Part shown: piece after piece, positions 20,143-30,760 of the stretch | Position numbering within the stretch: position 1 is the stretch's first letter | Layout of the letters: every line of letters begins with the position of its first letter | Position numbers and translations under genes: made by a program | NCBI GenBank assembly: GCA_963765765.1 | Contig: CAVXYC010000023.1 | Span: 256,001 to 320,000 of the forward strand | Source of the DNA: an uncultured Chloroflexia bacterium | GTDB lineage: Bacteria > Chloroflexota > UBA6077 > JACCZL01 | DNA length: 64,000 nt | Direction of reading: 5' to 3' | Notes under the pieces: generated by a model | Database searches by the model: none | The model's input: the letters and a program-made list of their open reading frames with translations, nothing else | What the model was told of the DNA's origin: nothing

Positions 20143-20899
20143 ACTGAGCTGACGAGTCCAGGATGCGCGAGAGACCGAGCTGGCCGGGGATCGTGATGGA
20201 AGACATCTCCATGAGACTGGTTCCCGCCCATGAGCGACGCTCGATGCGAAAGGCGGCGGCGCCATTCGAGAGTCCGAGCCAGTTTGCAGCATCGCCGCTC
20301 ACGTTGACCGATCGGAGCGATTCCTCGGCGTGACTCACGCGTAAGCCAAATTGCTGCTCAAGGATCGGCTGCAGGCGAGACGCCTGAAGGTCGACCTGGT
20401 CTGTCTCGGGAACCAGCGATGTCGGCAGGTGCATCACCTCTACGGCGATTGGCTTCTGTCGCGCTTCATGCACCCGTGCGATCTCGTGGACCGAGCCCGA
20501 GGCGCCCGGCGGTAAAAGCTGACGCATAGTGTCTGGCGGAGAGATCATCCGTGAGTAGAGCACGCGGATGGCGAGATCTTCGAGCGGACGATCCAGAATA
20601 TGCGTAAACTGGAATCCCTTGACACTGGTGACGCTGTCCGACGCATCGGCTACAAAAGTGCCGCGGCCGCGCTCCCGCCGTACCAGCCCTTCTCGTACGA
20701 GCTGCTCCACGGCCTGGCGAACAGTAAATCGGGAGACGCCGGCGCTTACCGCCAGATCTGGCTCCGGGGGCAACGATGCGCCTGGCGCAATGGTACCGTC
20801 CAGAATTGCCTGGCGGAGTTGTTGTTGAAGCTGGTAGTACAGCGGCACCGGAATCCTCCGGTCGAGCGCCACGTCGATCAAGCCTGACCTCGCAACCAA
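19841..20899 (-). CDS. GntR (HutC/UTRA) family transcriptional regulator
   Basis: PLYYQLQQQL...LPPEPDLA...GVSRFTVRQAV...RGRGTFV winged helix plus UTRA domain; the last ~100 aa overlap the opposite gene and are doubtful. Confidence 0.85.
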   Translation of the reverse strand: MVARSGLIDVALDRRIPVPLYYQLQQQLRQAILDGTIAPGASLPPEPDLAVSAGVSRFTVRQAVEQLVREGLVRRERGRGTFVADASDSVTSVKGFQFTHILDRPLEDLAIRVLYSRMISPPDTMRQLLPPGASGSVHEIARVHEARQKPIAVEVMHLPTSLVPETDQVDLQASRLQPILEQQFGLRVSHAEESLRSVNVSGDAANWLGLSNGAAAFRIERRSWAGTSLMEMSSITIPGQLGLSRILDSSAQFTAFCLTAAPGPGSADIARCDGAGWRPRRRRPSGDGSRVGAAASPYLAAHFAGAGPAARGTASAPVAEIRSSPQTRHRGHALPDALASPVEPQRTQMLPR

Positions 20900-21120
20900 A
20901 TGCGCCGGGTCCGGGCGCCCATCAATGTCCTACGCTGCACCACACGTCCAGTACACGATCCAGATTTGCGCCGCACGCCGCACGGCCCGGTCATCGCCCG
21001 GCAATTGTATTTCATCAGACGAACGGCATTTCAACATTCGGAATGGCCGCTGTGTGGTCCGTTTGGACTTCTTGTGCGGAATACGCGCGTGGGGACGACG
21101 GTAACTCGTCGCCTCGCACC

Positions 21121-22323
21121 ATGAGATCAGTCCACGGCTGGTTGCTTATCGCCGTTGTCGCGACCATGCCGCTCGCCGCGCTACCGGTGATCGTCGGTCC
21201 GATCCAGCTACCGATTACCGAGCTCCTTCTCTCGCTGGCCGTGCTTAGCGCAGTCATTTGTCGAATCACAGATAAAGACGCCCACGGTGCTCCGCGTTTG
21301 GGGAAGTACGAGATGTGGCCGGTGGCCCTCTTCCTGTTAGCGGCGCTGTTCTCGTTCCTGGTGACGGAGTACCCGCGCCAGAGCCTGCGAGAGCTGCGAC
21401 TGTTGATCGTGGAGCCTGTGACGCTCTACGTGCTCCTCCGCGCAACACCCCTCGATATCTCATGGGTGCGACGAGCGGTGGCGGCGTTCGTGGGCGTCGT
21501 CGGGGCACTGGCAATCGTCGCCTTTGGCCTCGCACTGATGGGACGCGGGCTCACGGAGGCGGAAGGCGTGCAGCGCATGCTGGGATTTCATCCATCCGCG
21601 AATCATTTCGCGCTCGTCCTGGGACGAGCCATCCCGTTCAGTCTGGCAATGGCGCTGTCAGGGGGACGACGCTGGTCTGTGTACGCCGCGATGACGGCAG
21701 TTCTTACGCTGGCACTGGCGGCCACGTTCTCGGGAGGCGGGTGGATGGGAACGGCGGCCGCCGTGCTGGCGGTGGTCTGGATGACGCGAGGGTCGCGGCT
21801 TGCGATCGGTCTGCTTGCGCTTGGCGGTGTTCTGATTGGCCTGGCGCTCACTGTGCTTCGTGTTGAGCGCATCGCCTCGCGAGTTGATCCAACCCGAGGC
21901 ACGGGGTTCATCCGCATCAAACTGTGGGAAGCCTCGCTTGCGATGCTGCGCGATCATCCGATTCTCGGGATTGGGCTCGACAACTTCCTCTATCGCTATC
22001 AGCAAGACTATCTTTTGCCGGACGCCGCGATGGAGCCGAACCTTTCCCACCCGCACAACTGGGCGCTGAACTTCTGGCTGAGCCTGGGTGTCCTTGGCTT
22101 CGCGGCGGTGCTCTGGCTCTTAGCTCAGTTCACGGCCGGCATTCGAGACATCCTTAAATACTCGAAGGAGCCGACGGTCCGCGCGCTGGCCATCGGAGCG
22201 GCTGGGAGTATGATGAGTTTCCTGGTCCACGGTTCAGTGGATAACTCGTACTTCCTGCCGGACATGGCGCTGGTGTTCTGGTTCACGCTGGCGATTCCGA
22301 GAATCCTCAACCAGCAGCCCTAG
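21121..22323 (+). CDS. O-antigen ligase family membrane protein
   Basis: Multi-TM; ATFSGGGWMG, RIKLWEASLAMLRDHPILGIGLDNF, HPHNWAL. Confidence 0.85.
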   Translation: MRSVHGWLLIAVVATMPLAALPVIVGPIQLPITELLLSLAVLSAVICRITDKDAHGAPRLGKYEMWPVALFLLAALFSFLVTEYPRQSLRELRLLIVEPVTLYVLLRATPLDISWVRRAVAAFVGVVGALAIVAFGLALMGRGLTEAEGVQRMLGFHPSANHFALVLGRAIPFSLAMALSGGRRWSVYAAMTAVLTLALAATFSGGGWMGTAAAVLAVVWMTRGSRLAIGLLALGGVLIGLALTVLRVERIASRVDPTRGTGFIRIKLWEASLAMLRDHPILGIGLDNFLYRYQQDYLLPDAAMEPNLSHPHNWALNFWLSLGVLGFAAVLWLLAQFTAGIRDILKYSKEPTVRALAIGAAGSMMSFLVHGSVDNSYFLPDMALVFWFTLAIPRILNQQP

Positions 22324-22405
22324 GGCATTCGTTGGACCTGAGCGGAAACGTGGCCTATGATGACGGCACGTCGAGCGAACGGTTGCCTGCACAAAGGAGA
22401 GACCC

Positions 22406-22846
22406 ATGCCGAAGCTTCGCCACATTGCCCTGCATACGCCGGATCCTGAAGCCACCGCCGAGTTTTACAAGCGCGTCTTTGAGATGAAGGAGGTTGGCAA
22501 GGTCCAGTCGCCCATCGCGGAGGGCTACTATCTGAGCGACGGTGATCTCAACGTGGCCATCCTGAAGTTCAAAGACCCGGCCGCGGCGGATCGGCATGAC
22601 GGTCTCGGGCCAAACGTCATGGGGATTCACCATATGGGTTTCTGGGTGGAGGAGGCCGAAGAGGTACGCCAGCGATTGCTGGAGGCTGGTGCTGAGCCGA
22701 GAGGCGACATCACCCCCGCCGGTACGTCGTTCTTCGAGGAGAAATGGAAGGGCCCGGACGGCGTGATGATCGACATCTCGGAGCACGGTTGGGGTGGAGC
22801 AAAGCCGCCTGTCACGGCCGACGAGCCGGCCGCGGCTCGGGCCTGA
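22406..22846 (+). CDS. VOC family protein
   Basis: KLRHIAL, GIHHMGFWV, EEKWKGPDGVMIDIS; AGGAG RBS. Confidence 0.85.
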   Translation: MPKLRHIALHTPDPEATAEFYKRVFEMKEVGKVQSPIAEGYYLSDGDLNVAILKFKDPAAADRHDGLGPNVMGIHHMGFWVEEAEEVRQRLLEAGAEPRGDITPAGTSFFEEKWKGPDGVMIDISEHGWGGAKPPVTADEPAAARA

Positions 22847-22852
22847 GCCTGC

Positions 22853-23575
22853 GTGACGGCTGATCCGCCGACCGAAGCGCACTTAAAAGAGCAGGTAGCC
22901 ACTTCCTGCCGCATCCTGTTCAGACTCGGGTTGGCCGACTACCTCGGCCACCCGAGCGCGCGAGTTCCGGGTACCGATCGCATCATCATCAAGCCGCGCC
23001 ACTCGATGAGCGTGCACGGTATGGGCGATCTCGGTCCGGACCAGATGGTGGTCATCGATCTGGAAGGCAATCAACTCGAGGGCGGCGATCCACCACCCGG
23101 CGAGCGCTTCATCCATACGGAGATCTACAAGGCGCGTCCGGATGTGATGGGCATCGTCCACACGCACCAGACCATGTCTACCATCTTCGGAATCGTCAGC
23201 CGTCCTATCCTGCCAATTCTCCATGTGGAAGGGCCTTTGGTTGCCCGCGGGATCCCAATCTACCCATCGCCCGAGCTCGTTTCCACTCCTGAGCAAGGCG
23301 CCGCGCTGGCGCAAGCCCTGGGAGACTACGCTCTGGGCCACCTTCAGGGACACGGAATTGTCACCGTCTCCCCGACCGTCGAGGAAGCGACGCTGGCAGC
23401 GATCCACATGGAGCGTCTTGCCCGAGCCAACTACATGGCCGCCCAGCTTGGCGAGCCGCGCGTGATCCCACCAGATGAGATCGAGCGACTGGCGGGACCG
23501 ATGGTCGGCTTCCAGGTCCGCTGGTCTTACTACGTCAGTTTGATTGAGGGGTCCACGGGGCCCGTTAATTTCTGA
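22853..23575 (+). CDS. Class II aldolase/adducin family protein (possible decarboxylase)
   Basis: GHPSAR, ERFIHTEIYKARPDV, VHTH, LQGHG. Confidence 0.85.
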   Translation: MTADPPTEAHLKEQVATSCRILFRLGLADYLGHPSARVPGTDRIIIKPRHSMSVHGMGDLGPDQMVVIDLEGNQLEGGDPPPGERFIHTEIYKARPDVMGIVHTHQTMSTIFGIVSRPILPILHVEGPLVARGIPIYPSPELVSTPEQGAALAQALGDYALGHLQGHGIVTVSPTVEEATLAAIHMERLARANYMAAQLGEPRVIPPDEIERLAGPMVGFQVRWSYYVSLIEGSTGPVNF

Positions 23576-23595
23576 CTGACTCAACCGAGAGTCAA

Positions 23596-24402
23596 CTACG
23601 GGCGATCGCCGACCGCCAGTAGAGCCGTCGCCTCGATGTGAAGGCCATCTGCGTGCTGACGGTCATTGAGCCGTTCAGCCAGCGATTCGCGCACACGCGA
23701 GGCATCAGGCTCGTTGAGCTTGGCGAGATCCCGCCTGAGGCCGGTCGTCATGGCAGTGTGCCAGTATTGATCGAGATCGGCATAGACGAACACATTCGAT
23801 GCTTCTTGCACGTGGACACCTTCGAACCTGGCTGATTCGAGCAACTCGGACAACCGTTCAGCTTCTGTGATCCATCCAGGCGCCATGCCACTGCTGAGGC
23901 CCATGGAGTGAAGCACCGCTCCGAGGTCGTCCACCTGGGTTGTCTTCCAGGTGGATAGACCAATGCGTCCTCCGGGTCTGAGGACACGTCGGAACTCAGC
24001 CAGAGCCTGGCTCTGTGAAGGAAAGAACATCACGCCAAATCCGCACAGGACGCGATCGAACGATGCATCGGCGAAATCGAGCTGCTCGGCATCCATGGGC
24101 AGCACTCGGGCGGAGCTGCCGCGTCGATCGATCTCCGCTGCTGTCTCGCTGATCATGGTCTCGGCGAGGTCGATCCCGACGACCTCGCCTGACTCACCCG
24201 TCCGTTCAACGGCGGGAAAGAGCACCGCGCCGCGCCCCGTAGCAACGTCGAGTACGCGCTGACCTGCGTCGAGTCCCACAAGCTCCACGAGCTCTCGGCC
24301 GAAGTGCGCAAAGCATGCTGGCCCTGTAGTGTCATACGTTGGAGCTAACACATTGAATAGGGCCTGCGTCTGCGCTTTGCGAGACTGGCTCTCGGTGTTC
24401 AT
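23596..24402 (-). CDS. UbiE-like class I SAM methyltransferase
   Basis: VLDVATGRG, VVGIDLAETM, MDAEQLDFADASFD, RVLRPGG; probable start MNTES at 24402. Confidence 0.85.
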   Translation of the reverse strand: MNTESQSRKAQTQALFNVLAPTYDTTGPACFAHFGRELVELVGLDAGQRVLDVATGRGAVLFPAVERTGESGEVVGIDLAETMISETAAEIDRRGSSARVLPMDAEQLDFADASFDRVLCGFGVMFFPSQSQALAEFRRVLRPGGRIGLSTWKTTQVDDLGAVLHSMGLSSGMAPGWITEAERLSELLESARFEGVHVQEASNVFVYADLDQYWHTAMTTGLRRDLAKLNEPDASRVRESLAERLNDRQHADGLHIEATALLAVGDRP

Positions 24403-24929
24403 CGCGGGCCTCCGATCAGCCATCAACGGTGGTTCGTCAGTATAGCCATCAGTTCTCGGCGACCCTGGCCGGCCTACGGAGTCGACCAGCGTTGTCCCGT
24501 GCTCCACGCAGCGCCTCAGTGTATCCAGTAGTCCATGGGGATCGGCCAGAATCACGAGCCCATTCGAGACAACTCCGGCAGTACCGGCGTCTAGGGGCTG
24601 GGTGCTGGCCCAATCCGCACCGGCGATACCGAATTCGACCTCCGTACCCTCCTGATAGAAGACGCGTAATGACTTCAGCCGGCCCCAGTCTTCGCAAGAG
24701 ATCGATGTAATAGCACCGAAAGCCTCGACCCAGTGCGGTAGCGATGGAGAAAGGGCGCGGGATCCGCGACCAACAGGACGAGATCAACGTCGGAGTCCGG
24801 ACGTTCGGTTCCTCGTGCGTACGATCCGACAACCGCCGCTGCTAGGATGTCTCCTTGGCGAATGGCCCAGTCACGAACGGAGCTGATCACGTTCAGCGCT
24901 TTCGGGTTGCGTAGGCCGGCCATAGCCAC
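24403..24929 (-). CDS. Pol-beta-type nucleotidyltransferase (AadK N-terminal-like), frameshifted
   Basis: GSYARG...SDVDLV, then in another frame EDWG...LRVFYQEGTEVEFG...VILADPHGLL. Confidence 0.65.
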
Positions 24930-24998
24930 TCAACCCGTCTTTCTAACCATCGGGTCTCCGTTGGAGCACGCCGTCTGCGTCAAATAGCATTGCTTCTA

Positions 24999-25684
24999 TC
25001 AACGTGTTGCGCTCTCTTCAAACGGATGCTCATCCACCACAAGTACCAGTGGGGCCTGAAGCTTACGTGCCTCACACAAGAAGGTGAGCCACGTGCGAGT
25101 CGGCTGGACCAGGCGGCCCTTCTCGATCACTGTGAACGATGCTTGGTCGAGCATGACCACGAGCTCGCTCTCAGAATAGCGGGCAAAGAGGCGCTGGATA
25201 TTTGTGCCATACCCCGGCTCCCATTGTTCGCCCTCGCCTTCTTGCATGCTCAGCATGAGCAGCGCCCTCGGCTTCAGGACGCGGTGCATCTCGGCGAGTG
25301 CCGCCGGCGCCTCCGCCTTTGGCAGGTGAAGGAGCGAGGCGCAGCACCATCCGGCGTCGAACGAGTGATCATTGAAGGCGAGCTGCCGCATATCCATCGC
25401 CGCGAGGCTTCCGCGGGCGGCTTGTTGAGCAAGCGCAATCATTCCCGCCGAACGATCGACGCCGATGACCGCCATTCCATGAGACTCGAACCAAGCCATG
25501 TCCCGGCCGGTGCCGCAGCCGATATCGACGATTAGTGCCTCCGGTCAAGACGCTCCACGAGGGTCGATCCGAGTCGCTCCAGGTCCGCGGGCATCGCGCC
25601 GTGGTTGCTCTCCGCGTAGACTTTGGCGAGCTTGTCGTAGGCTGCCTGTACCTCGATCGCCGTATCGGGTAACGGAATGTTCAG
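24999..25684 (-). CDS. Class I SAM methyltransferase, frameshift near 25545
   Basis: AAYDKLAKVYA, IVDIGCGTGRD, GVDRSAGMI, ASLLHLPK, RVLKP. Confidence 0.75.
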
Positions 25685-25758
25685 TGCCCTCCCCCAAGCT
25701 GGATGTATGTAGCTGCTTCACGCTTGACCAGCACCAAGGCAGCGCCCACAATGCAGCC

Positions 25759-26472
25759 GTGGCGCAACTTCCCGACGTGCTTCTGCTGGATCTCGACGAT
25801 ACCATCCTGGATGACACCGGAGGGGTGGCGGCGTGCTGGCGGGCAACGTGTGAGACGTTTGCCGCCCGTGCCGGCGTTGAGGCAGCTCGGCTCGATTCGG
25901 CCGTCGATGTCACGCGAATCTGGTATTGGGACGACCCCGAACGCCACCGCATCGGCCGCTCCGACCTACGGGCCGCCTCCGCGCACATCGTGGACCTCGC
26001 CCTTCAAACCTTCGGCCTCGCCGACGCGTCGCTTGCCCGAGCAATCGCGGACCATTATCGCGACCAACGTGACGAGTTTATCTGTCTCTTCCCCGGAGCG
26101 CTGGAGACTCTCGAAAAGTTGCGCGAGCGCGGCATACCGCTTGCCCTTCTCACCAACGGCTCAGCCGCGGCGCAACGCTGGAAGGTGGAGCGGTTCAATC
26201 TGGCGAAGTACTTTGACTGCATCATGATCGAAGGCGAGCAGGGGTTTGGCAAGCCAGACGAACGGGTCTACCGCAATGCTTTACGGGCCTTGGGCGCCAG
26301 CCCCGTGGATGCATGGTGCGTCGGGGACAACATCGAATGGGATGTTGCCGCCCCGCAAAATCTCGGCATCCATGGTGTGTGGGTGAATCGGAACGGCTCC
26401 GCGGTGGCGGAGCGTTTCAAATCGATCGTTCCGAACAGAATCATCACCGAGCTCGCGGACCTGCTGCGCTAG
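25759..26472 (+). CDS. HAD-superfamily hydrolase
   Basis: LLDLDDT, LLTNG, KPD, VGDNIEWDV. Confidence 0.9.
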   Translation: MAQLPDVLLLDLDDTILDDTGGVAACWRATCETFAARAGVEAARLDSAVDVTRIWYWDDPERHRIGRSDLRAASAHIVDLALQTFGLADASLARAIADHYRDQRDEFICLFPGALETLEKLRERGIPLALLTNGSAAAQRWKVERFNLAKYFDCIMIEGEQGFGKPDERVYRNALRALGASPVDAWCVGDNIEWDVAAPQNLGIHGVWVNRNGSAVAERFKSIVPNRIITELADLLR

Positions 26473-26540
26473 CCGGGGCACTACGATTCGCCGCTGATTT
26501 CGACGATAATCAAATCGTAGCGCATGTGACGGAACTTGAG

Positions 26541-27536
26541 ATGGCGCAGCAATTGGCACCTAGCCATAGTGGCGATCACCAGCAACACGAACACGCTCAC
26601 CACGGCAATGAGGTGGGCGCTCATCTGCATGGACGACTGATCTGGGCGCTGGTGCTCACGGCAGCCTATATGGCGGCCGAGATCGTGGGTGGGCTGCTCA
26701 CGAACTCCCTCGCACTGCTGGCCGATGCCGGCCACATGGCCTCGGATGTCGCCGGTCTCATCATCGCCGTGATCGCGGCCCGCCTCGTGCAGCGCCCGGC
26801 AACATCCGGTCGCACGTTCGGGTTCCGTCGAGCCGAGATTCTGGCGGCGCTGGTTAATAGTGTCGCGCTGATTGGGATCGCGGTCTTCATTGCCTGGGAA
26901 GCAGTCGTCCGATTCCGTGACCCACCTGAAGTTCAGGCCGCCGGAATGCTTGTTCTCGCGCTCGGCGGCCTCCTCGTCAACGCGGTGTGCGCCCGACTTC
27001 TACACGACGCGGCGCAGCACAACATGAACGTGCGTGGCGCTTTCTTGCATGTGCTCATGGACTTGCTCGGGTCGGTGGGTGTGCTCATAGCAGGTGGCGT
27101 GATTCTCCTCACCGGTTGGAAGATCATTGATCCGCTGATCTCGCTCATTCTGGCGTTGCTCATTCTTCCGCGCGCATGGTCCTTACTCCGAGCCGCCTCA
27201 GACGTCCTCATGGAGTCCACGCCGGCACACCTGGACACGCGGGAAATTCAGACCGCGCTGGAAGCGGTCCCCGGCGTCGTCTCAGTGCACGACTTACACA
27301 TCTGGACGATCAACAGCGGCTTCATTGCCCTCAGCGGGCACGTGATTGCCAATGAGGTGTCCAGCAGTTCACTGCTGCATGACCTGCAGACTATTCTGCG
27401 CACCCAGTTCAATATCCAGCACACCACTCTTCAGGTTGAGAGACCGGATCACGCCGAGGATGGAATGTGCTGTGAGATCGACCCGCGTTGCCTGCCAGAT
27501 CAAGAGGCAGTTAGCGCTGCATCCGGGCGCAACTGA
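26541..27536 (+). CDS. Cation diffusion facilitator (CzcD/ZitB-like) transporter
   Basis: His-rich N-terminus, SLALLADAGHMASD, TFGFRRAEILAA, HVLMD, VHDLHIW, HTTLQVE. Confidence 0.92.
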   Translation: MAQQLAPSHSGDHQQHEHAHHGNEVGAHLHGRLIWALVLTAAYMAAEIVGGLLTNSLALLADAGHMASDVAGLIIAVIAARLVQRPATSGRTFGFRRAEILAALVNSVALIGIAVFIAWEAVVRFRDPPEVQAAGMLVLALGGLLVNAVCARLLHDAAQHNMNVRGAFLHVLMDLLGSVGVLIAGGVILLTGWKIIDPLISLILALLILPRAWSLLRAASDVLMESTPAHLDTREIQTALEAVPGVVSVHDLHIWTINSGFIALSGHVIANEVSSSSLLHDLQTILRTQFNIQHTTLQVERPDHAEDGMCCEIDPRCLPDQEAVSAASGRN

Positions 27537-27711
27537 GCTTTTACCTACGCCGCGATTTACGCCGTCCGTGGTGTCTATCGTGCGGACCTCCGAAGCGGAT
27601 CGACTGGATGTCGGCGAGTCCGAACCGCCCAGGTCCTTTAGCTTTTGAATCGCGTTGCGCTGGCGAAGCGTAGGCTACTATTTGCGGTGCGCAAATCCAG
27701 CACACGGGCCA

Positions 27712-28893
27712 ATGTTGAGCCACCGAACCTACTCCTTTGCGGCGGCGAGCACGGTCATCACCGCGCTCATCGTCGGGCTGACCGCGCCGGTTCTCGGCCA
27801 GGACGATGCCGCGCCGATCGCGGGGATCGGTCCTGACGAGCTGGCTCGATTCGAAGCTGGTCGGGGCGTCTTTACGCATGAGCACTCGCCCGATGACGGT
27901 CTGGGCCCATTCTTCAACGCTCGAGCTTGCGCGGAGTGCCATAGCTCACCGGGGCCGGGCGGCTCGAGCTTGGACGAGAATCACCAGGTTGTGCTCTTCG
28001 GCCGCGGCGACGGTGAGGGCGGCTTCGATCCACTGACGCATCTCGGGGGGCCGGTGCGCAGCCAGCGCACCGTGCGCTCCATGCTTCCCGGCTGCCGCCT
28101 GCAGGGAGAATCCGTGCCGAAAGAGGCAAACGTGAAAGCACATCGGCAACCGCCACCGTTGTATGGCCTGGGTCTTATGGAGGCTGTCGATGAGGAAGCG
28201 ATCATCGCCCAGATTGACCTGGGCGCGGCCGCCGACCCCGGCGAGGTCAGAGGGCGGCTGAACTACGACGGAGGTCGTGTGGGTCGCTTCGGCTGGAAGG
28301 CGCAGGCAGCCTCGCTCGAGGACTTCGTGTCGGGGTCGCTTCGGGACGAGCTGGGGATTACGAACCCGAAAGCTCCAGATGAATCGTCGGCATGGCGCGG
28401 TGCTGCCGATAACTGCGATTCGCGCGAAGATCCGGAAGATGATGGCTCGCGCAGTCGTGCGCTGGTCGATTTCTTGCTGCTCCTGGGGCCGCCTGACAGG
28501 TCGACAGACCCTGAGTCCGTTCGCTATGGCGAGTCTGTATTCCATCAAGTTGGGTGCGCGGCCTGCCACACACCAGCGCTGCGATCCGGCGCCCATTCGG
28601 AGCCCGCGCTGAGCGACCGAGATCTGCCGCTATACTCGGATATGCTGATTCACGATATGGGCGAGTATCTTGCAGACGACGTGGTTCAGGGCCAGGCTGG
28701 TGGCGCCGATTGGCGCACCACTCCGCTCTGGGGCCTGGGCAAAAAGACTCGTTACTTGCATGATGGTCGGTCAACCGACCTGCGCGAGGTGATAGAGCTG
28801 CACAGCGGCGAAGCCCGCGCCGCACGCTATCGTCTACGCGGGCGGCCCAGATCTGACGTCAACGCTCTGATCGAGTTCCTGCGCTCACTCTAA
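27712..28893 (+). CDS. Secreted di-heme oxidoreductase (DHOR/DUF1111-like) protein
   Basis: Signal peptide, GLGPFFN, CAECH and CAACH heme motifs, GRFGWKA, SDMLIHDMG, WRTTPLWG, YLHDGR. Confidence 0.88.
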   Translation: MLSHRTYSFAAASTVITALIVGLTAPVLGQDDAAPIAGIGPDELARFEAGRGVFTHEHSPDDGLGPFFNARACAECHSSPGPGGSSLDENHQVVLFGRGDGEGGFDPLTHLGGPVRSQRTVRSMLPGCRLQGESVPKEANVKAHRQPPPLYGLGLMEAVDEEAIIAQIDLGAAADPGEVRGRLNYDGGRVGRFGWKAQAASLEDFVSGSLRDELGITNPKAPDESSAWRGAADNCDSREDPEDDGSRSRALVDFLLLLGPPDRSTDPESVRYGESVFHQVGCAACHTPALRSGAHSEPALSDRDLPLYSDMLIHDMGEYLADDVVQGQAGGADWRTTPLWGLGKKTRYLHDGRSTDLREVIELHSGEARAARYRLRGRPRSDVNALIEFLRSL

Positions 28894-28972
28894 GTTCAGA
28901 GCCGCATCCCGGCGGCTGAATCACCCAGAGCCTCGGTCGCGCTCTCGGCCCCGACACCGCGGGCGAATCAAG

Positions 28973-28999
28973 TGTCGAATACGGTGTCGCTCGTTCGAC
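28973..28999 (+). promoter_or_regulatory. Putative ECF sigma (ECF42-like) promoter
   Basis: TGTCGA-N17-CGAC upstream of the MFS gene; the same spacing and GTTCG(A/T)C box occur at 37512-37538. Confidence 0.45.
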
Positions 29000-29071
29000 A
29001 CCTATGTAGAAAAGCAAGCGTCGAGCGCCTCAGCCATCAGTCGTGGCCGCTCTCGCACCTGGAGTATCACA

Positions 29072-30607
29072 ATGTCCCTGATCAGGGAGCAGGCCCGAGT
29101 AGCCGGCAGACGAGAGTGGATTGGACTTGCCGTTCTCGCACTTCCATGCCTGCTTTACTCAATGGACCTCACGGTTCTCAATCTTGCGCTTCCCTCGCTG
29201 ACGGAAGATCTCCAACCCACCAGCACACAGCTTTTGTGGATCGTGGACATCTACGGTTTCCTCGTGGCTGGCACGCTCATCACCATGGGTACACTGGGCG
29301 ATCGCATCGGCCGCCGGCGGCTTCTCCTGGTAGGTGCAGCCTCGTTCGGACTCGCCTCGGTGCTCGCGGCGTTCTCCACGAGCGCTACCATGCTCATCGC
29401 CACCCGAGCGCTCCTCGGCGTCGCCGGCGCAACGCTCGCGCCGTCCACACTCTCACTCATCCGCAACATGTTTCTGGATCCGCGTCAGCGCACGTTTGCG
29501 ATTGGGATCTGGGCCACCAGCTACTCAGTGGGTGCCGCGATTGGGCCTGTGCTGGGTGGTCTGATGCTGGATCGCTTCTGGTGGGGCTCCGCGTTTCTCA
29601 TCGGCGTGCCGTTTATGGTGCTCCTCCTGGCGGTAGGGCCATGGCTCCTGCCCGAGTCGAAAGACCCCAATGCCGGTCGAATGGATCTGATGAGCGCCGC
29701 GCTGTCGCTCGCAGCCGTCCTGGCAGTCATCTATAGCTTGAAAAGGACCGCCGAAGATGGCCCCAGCACAATCGCCGGTTTTGCGCTTCTCGCGGGCCTT
29801 GTAGCTGGATTGGCTTTCATATACCGACAGCACACGCTGACTGATCCGCTGATCGACCTCGGCCTGTTCAAGGTGCCCGGCTTCGGCGCCGCGTGTGGCA
29901 TTAACCTGCTGTCAGTATTCGTCGCGTTCGGACCTTTCATACTGATTGCGCAGTATCTGCAGCTTGTCCTGGGACTCACACCGTTGGTCGCTGGCCTATG
30001 GACGTTGCCTTCATCCGCGGGGTTCATCGTTGGATCAATGCTTGCACCCGTATTGGTGCGCTGGATGAGGCCGTCCACGGCCATTGCCGCGGGGCTGGCG
30101 GTCTCCGGGGCCGGTCTGTTGGTCATCGCTCAGGCTCACGGCGAATCTGGCCTCGCGGCCATTGTCATTGGATCTGTGATCCTGTCCCTGGGCTTGTCAC
30201 CAGCGGTCACACTGTCCACGGACCTGATCGTTGGCACGGCGCCCCCCGAGCGCGCGGGCTCTGCCGCGGCACTCTCAGAGACCGGCGCGGAGCTCGGAGG
30301 AGCGCTCGGTATAGCCATCCTCGGAACGATTGGGACAGCCATTTACCGCGGAACCATGTCCTCGTCCATACCGGCAGGAGTGCCGGAAGAAGCTGCCGAC
30401 GCGGCCATTCAGACACTTGGTGGCGCTCTGACCGCGGGGCATCAGCTGGGCAACGTCTCCGGCGACGCGTTGATCGGCGTGGCGCGCGCGGTGTTCGCCC
30501 ACACGCTGGATGTCACCGCGGCAATAAGCGCGGTGCTGGTACTCGGTACGGCGGTCATGGCCGCGTTTGCGCTACGGCATGCGCAGCCGGCGCCTGCAGG
30601 CGAGTAG
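29072..30607 (+). CDS. DHA2 (14-TM, QacA/SmvA-like) MFS drug efflux transporter
   Basis: SMDLTVLNLALP, WIVDIYG, GTLGDRIGRRR, GPVLGG, WWGSAFLI, DPLIDLGLF. Confidence 0.9.
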   Translation: MSLIREQARVAGRREWIGLAVLALPCLLYSMDLTVLNLALPSLTEDLQPTSTQLLWIVDIYGFLVAGTLITMGTLGDRIGRRRLLLVGAASFGLASVLAAFSTSATMLIATRALLGVAGATLAPSTLSLIRNMFLDPRQRTFAIGIWATSYSVGAAIGPVLGGLMLDRFWWGSAFLIGVPFMVLLLAVGPWLLPESKDPNAGRMDLMSAALSLAAVLAVIYSLKRTAEDGPSTIAGFALLAGLVAGLAFIYRQHTLTDPLIDLGLFKVPGFGAACGINLLSVFVAFGPFILIAQYLQLVLGLTPLVAGLWTLPSSAGFIVGSMLAPVLVRWMRPSTAIAAGLAVSGAGLLVIAQAHGESGLAAIVIGSVILSLGLSPAVTLSTDLIVGTAPPERAGSAAALSETGAELGGALGIAILGTIGTAIYRGTMSSSIPAGVPEEAADAAIQTLGGALTAGHQLGNVSGDALIGVARAVFAHTLDVTAAISAVLVLGTAVMAAFALRHAQPAPAGE

Positions 30608-30760
30608 ACGGGCAATTCAACCAGCTTCAGGATTGGTACTGCCTCGAACCTGTAGTCTGCTGGCATACCGATCCAGAGCCCGTCCAGTTGGGCAGTCGAG
30701 ACGACTGTCCACCGGACGGGACTCCGTTCCATCTCGTAAACTAAGCCGTATTCAACGTCT

